NCBI GenBank assembly: GCA_046563655.1
Contig: CM102285.1
Coordinates: 9,114,001-9,178,000 of the forward strand
DNA: 64,000 nt
Source: Yuukianura sp. NJ FZ-2021
Taxonomy: Eukaryota
Direction: 5' to 3'
The notes beneath the pieces were generated by a model. That model searched no databases. It saw only the letters and a program-made list of their open reading frames with translations, and had not been told where the DNA came from. Shown here piece after piece: positions 1 to 31,600 of the stretch; position 1 is the stretch's first letter, and each line of letters begins with the position of its first letter. Made by a program: the position numbers and the translations under genes.

Positions 1-1648
1 ACGCAACAAACAATCACACTTTGACACTTTCCCAACTTTTCTACTTTCACTAGAATCAGTCATTTCACATCTACAAAAGGCTCAAATTCCTCCACTAAAA
101 ACATACAGCAATACTGAAAATCTTTTTTAAAAAAATCAAATTTCGAAGTTATAACCAGTTTTTTGTGTAAAAGTTCTGCATTTAGAAGTAACCAAGTACA
201 GTTATCGGATACCTACTCACTTTTGAACTCAAACTCCAGTATTTCCGAGTAACAAAATAGCAAAAGGCGTATAAGAGTCACGTTAGAAAACTAATTTTCA
301 ATATCACTGAATAGAAATGCACTCTCTTTTTTTAAAAACCTGCTTTCTAAATCTGTTTTTGTAGTGGCCAGTTTTACACCACTGGCAAAACTGCCACCAG
401 ACGCCAAAGTGAAAGCACCCAACAATTCAACGATCACTTCCATTTCATTTCCGTTTTACGTCGTAAAGTTCCATAGGGACTACCTAAGGTTGTAAGCCAT
501 ATTTTGGCAGTTCACACCTGAGACAACTACAACCACTAGGATTTGGGCTTTTCCCCGGGGAAGAGTTGAGAGCTTAAATGCTAAATTAAAGTGGCCATGA
601 AAGTCTCCAAAAAATGAAATGGTCCTTAGAATCCTCTAGTGAAAACCGCCTTGACGCAATTTCTGCTGCTGACATGTTCTGATTAAAAGGAGGAGATCTC
701 TGTGCCAAAAAATAAAATTCACAAGGGAGGAAACGCAGGAAGATGGAGATGACGCTAAAAATTCATAAATAAAATTCTCCAGCACTTGGGACACACTTTA
801 AGAGGTCTCTTGCCGTCTGGTCATATCGTAAAACCAGCAGCTCATAAAGTCTAATAAAACGGAAAAAATGGAAGTGAAAAGACAAATGGGCTGATCTTTA
901 AAAGTCAAATTCTGTTTTTGATCTCTTTTTGTCACGCTAATAATTTTAGCACAGATTTTTTAAGCTGTATCCTTTGATGTGTTTTTGTTTTTACACCACG
1001 CAGAAGCGTCTGTTGCTACTTAATAATAGTATCTGAGCTTTCACAACGTCTCATCACCATCCAAGATTAAAATGTATCTTCTTTGTGGACTTAAGTAACA
1101 GACTCTGTTTCATCTCCCTAATGAAATCCCAGTCTTAAAATAGTTTGTTTTGAACAATAAAATGGGACTCTTTGAACATGTTTTCAAAAGAGCTGAGAGA
1201 TATTTAAAGAAAGTTAAACAACCGAGGGCGGAGGGAGGAACAAAGAAAATAAGAGCCGTCCAAAGACAAAGAGTGCCAGCTACAGGAGGACAGTGATTAC
1301 TTGTTCAAGCCAAGTTCTACTTTTGACATTCCTTTTGTTCGATTTATTTTTGAAAAGAAGCGGGTGTAATGATGATGAAGTGGAGAACTTATTAGTGAGG
1401 TCTCCTAACCTGTCAAAATTATGACACCCAACATATCTCCTTTCTCAATTCTAAAGCCAATCCTTCCTATTCCTTCTCTATGTCTGTGACAGACGTAAAC
1501 TTAAAAAAGAAATCCAAATCTAACTTGAGAAAGGCGGTAATGATCTGTCTGCAAAAACCATTATGGGTTCTGCAAAAATCGCTTTTTGCAAAAACATCCT
1601 AAAGTTTCATTCACACAGAAGCAGTCTTCCCAAGCTTAGAAAACTTAC

Positions 1649-19612
<17,964 letters not shown>

Positions 19613-22600
19613 TTAGTCTATCAAGTGCCTGTCCCACTTCAGAGTTCATTGAATTGAGTTGAACCAGCAATGTAAAATTTAGTGAAAGTTTGATTAGGTT
19701 TTAGAAGCCCAAAATCCAGCGTCTCCTCCTTGAGAAAGTTAATTTCGCCCAAATTTTAATTTGATTTTCGCTTCCAGGAAGTATAGCTTTCTGACTCTGT
19801 TTAGGTTAGGTTAGCTTTTCTTGACTTCCGATGAACTGAGTAAACATGAGTTACTTGAAAGTGAAAGTGGTTGTTTTCAGTTGTTGTTTTAACAGTCTAC
19901 AGTAAGCTGCGGCTCAGACTTGTGCTCACGCTCACAACTTTCCTTCGACTGACGACCGAGCCAGACCTGAGTCAGAATTTGGAGGGTGCAGAAGTACTAA
20001 GCAGAGGTTGCGATGACTTAAGCTGTGGTGGTGGTGTGATGATGATGATTTGGGCAGTAGCAAAAGACTTCAAAGCATCAAGCTTTCTCTGGTTCGTAGC
20101 TCAGCAAAGTGTAAGCTTTCAATCCAATCTGAGCACAGGAAAAAGTTCAGAGTTTATTTCAAGGGAATCGTTTGAATAAACTAGAGATCCCCTTGCCTCT
20201 CGTAAAGTTACTTTTACGACGGGTTTTTTAAAAAAGAAAAAAAAAGAAACTTGGGAATCTTCCGTTTCTCTTAACTTAAGCTGGACGGAAACTTGTTCTT
20301 GCTTAGTCCAGAATTTTCAATTCCAGGTTATTATAAATGGAAGGGAAAGTATAAAACTTTATAGAAAGTTCTGTGAGAAAACTTAAAGTTTAGAATTTCA
20401 AGTTTTGGACAAGGCAAGAAACTAAAGTAAAGTTTGGCAGCCTACTCTGTAGTTTTCACTTTAATTTTTATAAGCAATAAAAAGTAGTTACTACTCACTT
20501 GGCGTCAGTTTTTTACTTTCCGATCAACTAGGAATCTTCAAACATGCAGAATATTTTGAGACAAGCGCACGATAGGAGAAAGTTCGGTTCCGTGAAGCAC
20601 TTTCTTTCGCTGTGAAATTGAATTAAGGAAGGAATTACGTTTTCCACTTGCTAAACTTACATAAGCTTAATCCAATTTCCTTCGTAGTTGAGTGAATGGT
20701 TGAGTTCTTGTTTCAATTAAATCCAGATCTCTGAAGAAAAAAAACAGAAAAAGGAACAAGTTTAGTAACAGATGTAAAAAACTGTGATGAAAAGGTTGTT
20801 AACTTTTTAAATTTTGAATAACCATGTAACGTTGTTCTCAGATATTTTATTACCCTGCTGTTTTTGCAAAAATCGCAATATATTTCAAAATATCTGATGA
20901 TGATGATCGTGATTAAGAGAATCGTGAACATGAATTCTGATTCTAATCGTGACTGTAATATATGAGCACTTCCACCTGCCAATTAACGCTGCAAAACCAA
21001 CTTTCGCAGAAACAGATTAGTTACCTGTCCAAAACACTTTTATGTAGTACTGGAAGTAACTTTTTATTTATAAATAAGAAGTTACTTCCCGTACTACTGC
21101 CAGTACTTTTTCTGTTGACCTTTTCAGATTGTGCACTAAAGCTAACGTCATTTGTACCGTTGAGGATGAATGTGGGCGATAATGGAAACGAGGAAAAGTT
21201 AAAAGCGTAAATGGATGCAGTGGCAGTTGTAAGGAAGACGGGCAGTAAAGTTTAGGAAAAGACGGCTTAATGGCAATGTTACCCGGAAAGTTACATGATG
21301 GTTGTGGAAACAAACCGTTCACCACAAGACACATAATTAGAAACTGAAAGCGAAATTGCATTAGTTACAGAGGGAAAGTACCCACTTAGGCGAGTCTTAT
21401 CTTCCAAACAATTCATACCTGCTCAACCGTACAAAACTACCCAAGCACTGCTATAAACAGTTGCAGTTCACTGTCTCCCTACTCCATATTTGCAAAACAC
21501 AAGCAAATGGAATTCTGTGTCCACGTTTCTTTTTGATAATTTCTGCAGAAACTTTTAAACATTTCAGACTTTTCTGATTCAAAAGTTACGTCGCTTCAAA
21601 ATTTTTTTACATTTGTATTTTAATCAAAGTATTGAAATCAGTTCTGCGTTCGTGTTGGGGATTTTAGTCATTTTAAAAAAAAAACGTATAAAAATAGTAT
21701 AAATATAAAAATGCAAAATAAAATCCAAAATCTATCTCTGTCTTAAGTTTTTTTTTTTGTTTTTGAAAAAATGTTACATGCACTTTTCATTTTTGTTACT
21801 TTTATACGCCGGATGCTATGTATTAAAACTGGAACAACTTCGAAAATAATTCAAAGTTATTAAGGTTATTGGACTATGTTTCGGTGGACGTTCGTTTTTC
21901 ATAAATAAAACTAAATTTTAAAATTAATTAGCATAAATTGCAAATACAAATTAAACATTAAATCAGCTACAAAAGCAACTACGAGCAATACAGATTGGAC
22001 GTGATACAGAAGCTACTGACTCAGTTTGTTGCAATTTGGAAATTCATGCACGCCCATGTTAAGCTTTCCCCCGTTTACTCGGCGTAAGTCACAATTTGCA
22101 TGCATTTGGAGTAAGTCGGAATCCCTTAAGGGTCCCCTTCCGCTTCATTCAGTGTAGGTTTGGTATGTGGATCTCTATTTTTGAATCCGAGGGAGGAAAC
22201 CCATCTGTTTCTATTACGCCAAGCTTAATATCCCCTCCAAATGAGGTCCTTAGGAAAATGACACCGCAGAAGAGCAGAGACAGAAACCAACTGGATATTT
22301 GAATGCACGAATGCTTGTGTTGGGAACGACAACGTTTGCAAAAGTACCCAAAATACACAAATCTCCAGCAGTTTCCGTGACAGACTTGGAGCAGACGACT
22401 GTTCCATTTCCACTTCGACCGAAGGAGTACTGTAAGAAGAAGCTCGTTTTGTGAGAGTAGCCTCAAGTTTCATTTCTCAGGCCCTTGTATTCGAAATTGT
22501 ATTTTGGACTCGGAGACTCCGATTTCCCTGGGATGGGAGCCCATTTATCAAGATTCCATTGACCTAAGGGAGATTCTATAAATCAAGGAGGCAGAAGGTA

Positions 22601-25600
22601 ACTCTCTCATGGCCACTCGAAACAGGACAGAGCAGTCGACTCGACAACAATTTTATCAAAATCCAACGCTGCCAAATTCAATTCAGTAAACCGAAAAAAA
22701 GTGAATAGTTAACGTAGATTTTAATTCCATTCCAATAATTACGTGAAATTCGTATAGTTACTCAAACTGAAACAGTTGAGTTGTTACAACGTATTGTACT
22801 CTGCATGGAAGAATAACATTATCTAGTAGTTACCTCATTTTCAATTCGATTAAAAATTATTCGATTAAAAAAACCCAATCTCTCACCAAAACTTTGTATT
22901 TTTTATGACTTTTTAAGAGATTTGTGTTGCGCTTGTTGCTGTTGACTGGATGGTCGACGGGGCTGTTACATGTTAGTAGACGGTGAGTTGAGGTACTTGG
23001 AGAAAAACTCCTCCAGGAGAAAAGGCTCAAATGAAAATATAGGAAAGGGTCTGAAGGCAAACTTTTCCTTTGGCAGAGAGAAAGTGCGGTGGGATTTGAA
23101 ATGGTTTGGTCATTTCCCATCTGCCTCCACTCATTGCAGTAGTGTGGAACTGGGAGGGAGTAACTAATAGGCTGATTCTCACCCTCTGACCATTACCATT
23201 ACAACCTACGGCTCCTAAGAAACGCCTAGCTTTCTTTTCATCCAAGGTGAAAGTGCTTTTGCTCCAAGGTGAAACTACGTTCTCTACGGGATACTTAAAG
23301 GAAGGTAGAGACAAATTGAGATCAGTGATAATGATAATAGAAACAAAGGAGTGCCTTCTAGAGACTCCTGACTCAATATAAATTCAAACTCTACTTGTTT
23401 TCCTTCCCAGAAATTAAATTAAGGATAGGAGAAAGTGTCCAATTTCTTCCAAATTTATTTCCAAAAAACATAGCCTAACCCAATTCCTCTCAATTTTAGA
23501 AATTAAAATTAGACGCACCACTCTCTTCCAACTTTCTCCTGAATAATACATTTTCCCATGGAACTTTCCTACTTTCATTTTGCTTAGGGATGATCACGTG
23601 GAATGGGCATAGGTCACCTGCTGCTGCTGTTTCATTGAATGTACAAAAGAACTTCCCTGGTGGAATGTTTCTCACTTCGTGAGTGTATTTGGAAGAAGAT
23701 CGATGATGAAGTGGTGATGATGATCATGAGAAAGTCGAAAGCAGGCGAGAAAGGAGACACTGAGATCTCGAAGTTTTTCTGCTTTCTTTATTTGACGCAG
23801 TTTCCTTTCACGCTACAGGAAGAAAATACAAAAACTAAGAGAGAATTTCAGAAAGTAGGGAAAAACAGTTTTTTTAGTAGAAAGCTTGAAATAAAAACGT
23901 CAAGGATGGAGAGATCAAAAATATAATAAGACTGATGAAAGGATTTCAGAAATGAAAAGAATTTTGAGAGGGCATAGAAATCTTGGAAGTGCAAATTCAC
24001 TTTCCGTTTCCACTGAAAACATGAGACTCAATTTTTTCATTAAAAATGCTTTCAATTTTTTAATCAAAGGTTGGCTTTTAAAAGATTGTCACTTTCACCG
24101 TCCTGAGCGGAATGCCAACCTTTGGAGAAAAAAATCGTGGTCTTCTCCACTTTCAAAAGACATTCATGGGTGACTTTTGCTAGTTTTTTAAACTCAATTC
24201 TTATTTAAACATTTGTATTCATAAATCTATTTTTAACTAACTTATTATGCATTTCATTTTCATTTCTTCAGGATTCACAACGAAGTAGTCTAACATTTCT
24301 ACAAGAAATATCGGGTTGCCAGTATACGTCACCTGCTTGACCTCGCTGCATTCCGTTTTTCAAGATTTGAGATTGTGACTGGCAACAAAGCAGAGAATTT
24401 CAAAAGATTTTGAAATCATTTGAACTCCAAATATTTTACCCCCTTCCAATCTGTGTTTGTTGAATCAAGTTTACTCGTTTATGAAACTGTTGACGTGTTG
24501 GGGGGTACTTCCGGGCACGAGAGTGCTGACCGTGACGTGACATTCATGTCGTAAGGGTTGAAGGATGGAAGTGGAAATTATGACTGAAATGGAAGTAAAC
24601 CGGGAGTCCAGAGGAGATGGAACGGAAATGAAATCAAACCTTTGTTTCTTTTCCAGAATTTCATTTCATGTCAAACCAACCAAAAGTTTTTCCCCTCAAG
24701 CGACATTTTCCAAACCAACTCAAATTGCTCTGTTGAATCAATTCAAATTCTAAAACAACAAAATTGATTTAAAAGAGGCAAATGCTAACAAGTCAGACAT
24801 AAAATTCTCTGAAGCAGAAATCCTCTACATTCTAGTTCCGGGGCGTTGGCCAGTCCACATCAGTTAACTTGTAATGTTAACATAACATTTGAAAATAGGA
24901 GTGCTTAGCAATTGAGGAACTCGTTGTAGCTGCCGTTACACTTTTCAAGTGGATGTGGAAGTAGGTAATTGTAATTATTGTGTGACGGTAGTCGTTTGTT
25001 TGTTTCCTTTGAACATTAGTGGCATAAGAGGTGTGTTGTAAGGGCGAGAAGGCTGTCACTCACGAGTTCAAAGGACATTCACACCTTGTCACTTTCACTT
25101 TCGGTGAAGTTAGGTTAGGTGTTCACGTTACTTTTGTAGCGGAGGGGAGTAGTTGTGGTGTCAGCAGTTCCAAATCTGATTCGACATCAAAGGTGACGAT
25201 CAAGATTAAAGTCACGGAAGGAGACAGTTGCCAAGAGATTCGATCAATACAACTTCTCGGATTCCTCTGCATCTAACCAGTACAGCCTTCCAGAATTTCT
25301 CCCTGCTTCGTCTAAGATACAGATCATCCCATAGACTTTATGCTATGTGTTATGCTTTAATGTATTTTCCAGTTCATCATTTTCAAACATCTACGTGCAA
25401 AACTTGTGGCTCCTGAACAGAGCGGAGGCCGAGGCCAAGTCATGCCTCGGGAACCTAAAGCAACAAGCTTCCAAATAGAAAAATGATTCCATTCAATTTC
25501 AAATAAGTTTAAACTGCGAAGCTTCTCATGGCTTGTCCAACACTAATTTATTTTAACCCACGACAATTAATCATGATCATCTCCACATCTACACCAAACT

Positions 25601-28600
25601 GAAAGTTCCCATCACTCTTTTTGCAAGGAAGTGCAAAAACTTTTAGCCCTGCTGGTTCAGCTGCCTAGTCTCCAGCTCTACTAATTTTTAATCTAGACAG
25701 TTGCACTTTGTTCATTGAGAAATGCAAAAGTGCAAAAAACCCGGGAACTCTTGAGAAAATTTCTTGGCATCAAACGTAGAGGCATTTGCCTGAGGATTTG
25801 TTGGCGAAATAAAACGATTTGTATGGTAGCGTTTAATTAAAAGTAGAATTGGTCGTGGAAAATGATGACTCAGTGATAGTGTCTAGGTTGTTTTAATTAA
25901 GGATTTACAACCACCAGAAATTGAAGGAAACCCAAAGCAGTTAAATTAACTACCCCCAAAATTAAAACTTTTGCTCCAGAAAGAGTAGGAATTGCGTGTG
26001 GTAGGAATAATTAAAGTTTTGGAAGGATTTGGACTCAAGGGCGTTTTCCCTGGAATGAAAAGTCCTGGGTGGTTGATCACAAGTCTTTGCAACTTACAGT
26101 AAAGTGACTTGTATCATAAACGGATCTCTGCTGCAAACCAACTTACAGCCGTTTGGCATCAACATGTTCCTGGAGGCGATGAAGTAATGGTAGGTCCTTA
26201 TAAGGACCCATGCCTCTTAAGTATTCTGCACTAGTCCCTTGACTTTCCGTTGGAAATGAAGGGCTCTTGAGGAAGCTTAAGCAGGGATAATAGGGTTTGA
26301 GATTCAAATGATGCGGCGGATCTGCATGATCGTAGAGTCTTGATTTCCATTTGGCTTTGTGGGATACTTCCATGTCAGCACAGGAGGAAGCTTCCTGGCT
26401 TCGTCGTAAAACCGTCGTCGGGAAACTTAATGAAATGAAACGTTCTAATGGCCTGCTGTGCACTTTCAAAAGAACAGCCAATTCGTGTTTACTGATTCAT
26501 CGTTTTAGTCAAACGCGTCTTGGAATTGGCAATAATGTCATGCTGTTCTTTTCATTGAGTCTCGACATCCCTAGTTTACTTTTGCTTTTAGTAGGTGTCA
26601 AAAGGTCAAGCATGACAATGACGATTTGAGCCTCAGGAGGAGCGCAAAGAGTCAAAAAATTGTTCTAGAACACATACAAATTTCTGTTGTTCAATTTCAA
26701 TGCTATTTTAAAAAATTGCATGACTTTGTATGTCTCATGGTCATCATTTTATAGTTTCCGTTAAGCCGTTACCATTTAGACAGTTCGATTTCTCCATGTC
26801 TTTTCCGTGACAGCATTTGTAGTATGCCCCAAAAATAATAAAACGTCTGAAAAATTTACACTTTGTCAAAAACTGTTTAAAAAGTTCCAGCTTTCTCCGG
26901 TGCAATTTCTGAACTGCACGTCTGTTTGCATTTAAATGCAACGAAAAACCTTCTATTTTGTCCACATGTCCTCCCCCTCTGTACATAAAATTTGAATCGG
27001 AAGTTTTAGTTTAATTGACACCCAGTGATTAAGTCACCTCCAATTACTAAATTAACTTTCCCTAATCTGTGTAATTGGTAGTTACAAAAAGATGGAGGAG
27101 GTGGACTGTAAGTTGCGTAAATTGTGTGCGTGCCTCGGTGGTTAGAGTGTGGCAGGTTATGGACCTCCGCCTAAAGTAGTTTAGCATGTTGGGGAATACT
27201 ATTAGGTTTTGACTTGAAAGGAATGAAAAAAAGAACAGTGAAAACATGGCAAAGTCACATCAAAGGAATTTCAAACCACGAAAAGAATTCTGCGGCAAAA
27301 AGTGAAAAGATTATTGCCATTTGGCAATTGTAAATGAACCAAAACTTTCTCTCCTTTGGCACGCCACTTTCATGAGAATAGATTATAGAATCAAAACTTT
27401 TTCCAGCCGAATAATTCCATATGTTCTGAGATTTTTTTTTTGACTTTTCGAAGTGTCGTTCCCACTTTCACTTTCCTTGTTTTCAGAAAATACTTTTAGG
27501 TTGGGGTTTAGACGCAGGGAAAGTATGATGAATAGAGGCAAAAGTAGTTTTTAGCTCCCGGGGACTTTGAAATTCGGAAAGTGATCATATCAGATTTTCC
27601 TTTCTCGCTTTTACTTTTTTGGGAGAAAAAAGTTATGACGGAAGGCGAAATAAATTTATATTCTTCTCGCATTGAACAGGCGCGCACTTCCCTTTTCTCC
27701 TGATATTTGGTCCAAAAAAATACTTCGTATTATTTTGAACGAATAGGAAAATAAGGCGCATACAATTTTTTTTTCACCTAAAAAGTTCAGGTCCAGAGTA
27801 GAAAGTACGGACTTCCTTTTCACTTGGTATTCTTCTGAAGATTTTTTGGAAGCAAAAAGGCAAGGAAAATCTAACAACCAGCCGAACCATTTATGACCAT
27901 CGATCCGTACAGGAAATTGGACGCCGGAATATAGAAGTAGCCTTTCTTTCATCATACGAATCAGAGATTTGTGTTAGAGAAAGCGCGGGAGTAAAAAATT
28001 CGGATTTCCCGTTTCCTCTTTCTAAAGCGTTCAAGCGAAAGAAATCGCATTTCTTTCTTTTTTGAAAATCTAAAATCCGTGAATCTTTTTCTGAAAAACA
28101 AATTGCTAATTTATGAACGAGACAACGTTCGGTTTTGAAAAAAAAGTGAAAGTCCTGTTTTATTATTCTGAGTTGAATGTAATACGAGACTGGAGTCTGC
28201 CTAATTTCAAAAGACATTTGAAACCCCAAGACACGTTATTCACAATCTAAAACAACTTTGTTTTGAAATACTAATTACTTAAGAGTTGGAGAAAACCTCC
28301 AAACCGGAAAAGTTTGAAGCTAAGCTGACTAGCATTAGTTCAGAACGTGTCTTGTGGTGGAAGGTAATTTGTCTTTAGAAAGTGTCAGCATGGAGGTGGA
28401 CTCCTACTGAGTCACTAATTTCTTCCTGGTGGGTTTCGCTGAAAGCCAAAGGGCATTCATACTGATTCTAAAGCTCAAAAGACCAAATCCTGTTCCTTGG
28501 TTACCATTATACTTCCTGGAAGACTTTCACTTTAAGTAAATGTAAGAAACGTGGGTAGTGCGGTTATGCTTTTGCAAAGAAAGGCTGCACGAGCCTTTAT

Positions 28601-31600
28601 CTGCCGATAAGGTTAGGCTAAAAGCTTCAAAGAATCTTCGAAACCTGAAAGCCTTTTTTCTACCAGATTGAATCTGCAAGTTCTAAACTCTTCTAGCATT
28701 ATCTAGCACAAAACTGTATAAAAGCTTTGAAACGATTTGTAAATCTAAAAACATTGCATTTTTGAAAACTCTATTCAACCTTAAACCTAACTCCTAACAA
28801 TTTTCAAACAAATTCAAATTCTACTTGGATTTGGTCTCCTTCCATATATTTCCCGGTTTAACTTTGAGTGAGCTGTTTATTACTTGGAACTTTTCAGAAT
28901 AAATGTCACGTTCGCATTACCTTTCTCCATAACTTTAGGGAAATAGAAGTTAGGGAGACCAAAAACAGTAGAACCTAAGCAAGCCAAACCTAATCTTACC
29001 ACTTTTACCACAAAGATCATATCGGGAGTCCACATCAGTACAAAAAAATTCTTCCATGAAAATTCCAGCGACTATTTCAAAAACTTCGACAAACTCGGAT
29101 CCTGGCAAGTCAGAGATTCTATCCAAGTTGGAAATAGTGAAAGTTAAGTCTGTTACATGAATTCTACATTTTCTAAAAACGTAACATTTTTTTTTCATTT
29201 TCAAAGAGCCCTGAAATTTCGGTTTGGAGGGGGTGGCAATTCTTTTTTGAAACAGCCGCAGCCTGTTAGGAAGCAATTTAGCTGTCAATGAGTCAACTAC
29301 TGTTTCTTTGCAAAGATCTGTTGAAACGTAGTTGTGCTCATGCCACATTTTTGGACAAATTGAAACCCAGCAGAATTTCCGGTTTGGCTTCCTTCAAGCG
29401 TCGGAACAAAAGGCGTCATGTTTACTTTGATTTGAAGTGGAGCACAATGGAATGATGGATTTGAATTGCTCTTTGTAGGAACAAACTGTCTCTGTCTTGA
29501 GTTATTTTTAGGAGACAACAGGTGTAGTGGACAAAGGTGAATTCTCACTATGTACTTATGAACTGAACCACAACAACCCCCTCCATTGTCTTCCTTCCAT
29601 CGCTTTCAGTACCGACATCGTCGTGTATAGACAATCCTATTGTTTTTCCGCTCAAACACGCCAACCCCACATTTCCAATTACAATCCACTTGAAGCCATG
29701 CGTTCCCTTGAAGTGGATCTAACAAACTACTAGTAATGCTACATCCAAGTTTTCGAGGAAATCGAACTCTACTTCCAAAATAGGAAATTGCTCGCACAAA
29801 GTTCCCACACACAGAAACTTTCACTTCCAAAGCCCTGTGACATGCAATGGAAAAGTAGTTAATAGAAAATTGAGGTAAAAAAAATGTAGTTCCAAAAAAA
29901 ATAATAAAAGGAGAATCCCATTCCCAATCGAAGTGACGAACTGATGAAACGACATTGAGATCTAATTCTATAAAAACTAAAAGTACAGAGTTGGAAAGTT
30001 GTTTAATTCTTCGCAATTTGAACTTGATTTAAACCAGCTTGAGCAATTAAATGTTCGAACCAAATTGACTAACAGAAAGTCATCGTCTATTTGTTCGCAT
30101 AGATTTTAAATCCGTCAGCCAATAAGCACGAAGTTTTTATTTTTAACCCCAAATTCTCCTGTCTTTTTCCACAAAATTCTTCCTTTCTAAAAAAAATTCA
30201 TTCAAGTGTATGTACTTTTTAGTACACGTACGTGTTTTAGTACCCGGTCGGTACTATGCTTCCTGGAGAAAGTTAATAGAAAACTCATCAAACCTATCCG
30301 CACTTGAAGATCAATCTGGCAAGTAATCCAAGTATGTTAACTGGTTTTTTCCATTTTTATGTAAGTGAGGCCATAAAAATCACGCTCGAAGTGTTCCAAG
30401 AACCGTTCATGTAAGCCTTGGATATGGTTAAGTTTAATGTGTTTTGAGCTCCAAGGTAAATGTTACCCAAATCCTGGATTTTCATACCCGAATATCCCAA
30501 TAACTTTGACGGCTTAAGGAAACGTGTGAAGATGATTTTGGCCTACCGTACTGTATAGATAGTGAGATTAAAGGATTTGAGGCATTGTAAAAAGGATTTC
30601 TATCTTCCAATCTTGGTTGTTTGAACATGAAGATGGGTTTCTGCGGAGGAAGTGTAAATAAGAGGTTTAAGCATTTGAGCAATTCATATTGAATGGTGGT
30701 CTTATACTTAAGACATGCAAGAGAATAAGAGTTGTGCGGAGGTTGACAAGGACTGAAGAAGCGTCGGTGGAGATAGAAAGGAGACGTTTCATTGATTTCC
30801 TTTTGAAATGGAGACTGCTTCATTTGGAACCTCGGGAGAAGGAAGGCGACGGAAGAAAGCAGGGTGAAAGGAGAGACACAAACTACAAACCTAACCGAAG
30901 GTAGGGAGAAAGTTACTTCCGCCGAACAGTTTGGTTAGGCTAGGTTGGTGACAGGCAAGAAATGGATTTGAAAAGTGATTGGGGAACTTTCTCCGAGTCT
31001 CACGAAGAAACATGAGGAGATCAATGAGACGATGATCAGGAGGCTACTTTTCCAAGAAAAGAAATCTTGCTTTCTTTTTACGCATTTTCCACCTTCGTGC
31101 CGTTTCTAATCTTGCAACCCATCAACAAAATCCTTCGAAAAACTAGCACGCAAAAATCAAATTCTCAAGTCCAAATTCTCAGGATCCAATTCAGTTCATC
31201 ACTATTCGCTCATCTTTATGGCCAACGGGCGGCAGAATAGATTTTGCAAAAGAAAATTTCAGACATCCATTGCAGATTTTAAGCAAAACTTTGCTGAGAT
31301 AGCTTGAAGTACTTGAAAGCGCAGTTAAAGAATTTTAAGGAGTGAGTGATTCAGTTGTTCTTGTTATTGATATGACCTTCCATTCGGGTTCTTGTTTCTG
31401 GAAACATAGTACAAAGTAGAATGGAAGAGTATGAAGTGTCATTGCAGTGTTATGTGGTCTCAGAACCTGAGTGACTAACAAAACCTAACCAATCTACATG
31501 AAATCACACTCTAAGCTGGTCTTGCCTTATACGGACTTGTGTCTGACACACAGGTCAAAGGCCTCTCGCTCCGAAATGCCCGCCCATCATTCCACTTCCT

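Noticed and set aside
19801..19814. TTAGG telomere-like repeats (also near 25110, 35800, 38760)
   Set aside because: Only two to three units each; not an interstitial telomeric array.
26143..26481. 112-aa minus-strand ORF ending at a GTAAGT donor, as an alternative first coding exon of the hnRNP C-like gene
   Set aside because: Its phase does not fit the downstream exons I traced, and there is no homology evidence.
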